Source: Akkermansia muciniphila ATCC BAA-835
GTDB taxonomy: Bacteria; Verrucomicrobiota; Verrucomicrobiia; Verrucomicrobiales; Akkermansiaceae
Direction of reading: 5' to 3'
NCBI RefSeq assembly: GCF_000020225.1
Contig: NC_010655.1
Span: 2,010,001 to 2,042,000, forward strand
Length of the DNA: 32,000 nucleotides
This document shows, in pieces, positions 30,750-32,000 of this stretch; position 1 is the first letter of the stretch, and every line of letters starts with the position of its first letter. Below the pieces are notes generated by a model, which made no database searches, was not told the DNA's origin, and was given only the letters and a program-made list of their open reading frames with translations. Position numbers and translations under genes: made by a program.

Positions 30750-32000
30750 TCAGCGTTTTAGTTGGAGAGCTCGGTAAATGGTTTTCAGGTCCAGATGTTT
30801 CCGGACCACGTCCGCCAGGCGGTCCAGCGCTCCGTCCAGGTCATAGGCGGTGTGCAGGGCTGGGTTGGCTTTCAGCCCTGAATCTTTCCTGACCATGTTG
30901 ATGAATGCGCGGCGGAATTGGTCTCCGTCCAGCATGCCGTGCAGATACGTGGCCCAGATACGGCCTTTGCCGTAGCCGCAGGGGGAGCCGTCTTCCCGGA
31001 ACATGACGGGGGGGCTGGATTCTTGATGGCTGGTGACGCCATGGTGGATTTCATAACCTGCGGCGGGAACAGGCAGCGGCGTGCTTGCCCGGCGCACGTT
31101 GATCAGGGTTTTGGCTGAAGAGAAGGTGGTGGAAAGTTCCAGCAGCCCCAGTCCTGGCGTGCGCTCCTCCGGGGATTCCATGTGCAGCGGGTCCAGAATG
31201 TCCGTCCCCAGCATTTGCAGCCCTCCGCAGACGCCCAGAAGCCACTTTCCCTTTTCGGCATGACGGCGGATGGGTTCTTCCAGCCCGGCGGAACGGAGAG
31301 AAGCCAGGTCCGCAGCCACGCTTTTAGTGCCGGGCAGAATGACCAGGTCCGGATTTCCCCATTCCTCCCGTGTCCGCACCTGGCGGAGCCGGACGTCCGG
31401 CTCCGCCGCCAGAGGGGCGAAGTCCGTGAAGTTGGAGACGTGGGCGGGCATGACTACGGCCACATCCAGGCAATCCGCATGTTTCCCGTGCTCCCCGTGG
31501 CCAGGGGGCAGCGTGGCGCGGTCTTCTTCCGGAATGTTGATGTCCCGCATCATCGGGATGACGCCCAGCACAGGCTTGCCCGTACGATTCCGCATGTAGC
31601 TGTGCGCCGGGGCCAGCAGATCCGGATCTCCTCGAAATTTGTTGACCACGAACCCCGCCAGCAGTTCTTTTTCCCACGGGGCGAATGTCATCCACGTTCC
31701 CAGAAAGGAGGCGTACACTCCGCCACGGTCAATGTCCCCGGCGAGCAGGACTCTGGCACGCGCGTAGCGGGCCATGTTCATGTTGACCACGTCTGCTGAT
31801 TTCAGATTGATTTCTCCGGGGCTTCCGGCCCCTTCCAGGCAGAGGAGTTCATATTCGTCCGCCAGGGAATCGTATGCTTTGCATACGTCCGGCCAGAAGC
31901 GCCTTTTAGCCGTGAAGTATTCCCGCGCGTCCATGCGGCCTACGGGGCGCCCCATCACGATCACCTGGGAGCCGGTATTGGAATGGGGCTTGAGAAGAAT
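30750..32000 (-). CDS. cobQ: Cobyric acid synthase (partial; N-terminus beyond the right edge)
   Basis: The frame stays open to nt 32000 (ILLKPHSNTGSQVIVMGRP...), so the GTG at 31964 in the track is internal. Motifs are CLEGAGSPGEINL and the glutamine amidotransferase domain with GVCGGLQMLG. Confidence 0.9.
   Translation of the reverse strand: MLLKPHSNTGSQVIVMGRPVGRMDAREYFTAKRRFWPDVCKAYDSLADEYELLCLEGAGSPGEINLKSADVVNMNMARYARARVLLAGDIDRGGVYASFLGTWMTFAPWEKELLAGFVVNKFRGDPDLLAPAHSYMRNRTGKPVLGVIPMMRDINIPEEDRATLPPGHGEHGKHADCLDVAVVMPAHVSNFTDFAPLAAEPDVRLRQVRTREEWGNPDLVILPGTKSVAADLASLRSAGLEEPIRRHAEKGKWLLGVCGGLQMLGTDILDPLHMESPEERTPGLGLLELSTTFSSAKTLINVRRASTPLPVPAAGYEIHHGVTSHQESSPPVMFREDGSPCGYGKGRIWATYLHGMLDGDQFRRAFINMVRKDSGLKANPALHTAYDLDGALDRLADVVRKHLDLKTIYRALQLKR

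Overview
This 32-kb window looks like an Akkermansia-type (Verrucomicrobiota) chromosome segment. That call rests on gene content and on synteny recalled from memory, not on a search.

Left to right, the window contains:
- An AT-rich patch with a small outer-membrane beta-barrel gene, and an IS1595-family element that abuts a 5'-truncated GH2 gene.
- A mucin-glycan hydrolase cluster: two intact secreted GH2 enzymes with C-terminal discoidin-like domains, rarA, and a GH20 hexosaminidase.
- An orphan membrane protein and a probably PPi-type phosphofructokinase.
- A sialate-O-acetylesterase-like SGNH esterase, coupled to an AraR-type GntR regulator.
- An AT-rich orphan stretch followed by tRNA-Leu(CAA).
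- An integrase-associated segment of about 6.7 kb. It carries a gamma-class N6-adenine DNA methyltransferase and a 1110-aa fusion of a GIY-YIG (T5orf172-like) domain, an SF2 helicase and a methyltransferase-like tail. This is my top candidate for an undescribed R-M-like or defence system.
- The cobamide salvage and remodelling operon cobQ-cbiB-cobT-cobS-cbiR-cobU on the minus strand, with the non-canonical TIM-barrel gene cbiR embedded in it.

I saw no CRISPR array and no rRNA. Many long ORFs in the supplied track are antisense or frame-shadow artefacts of GC-rich genes.
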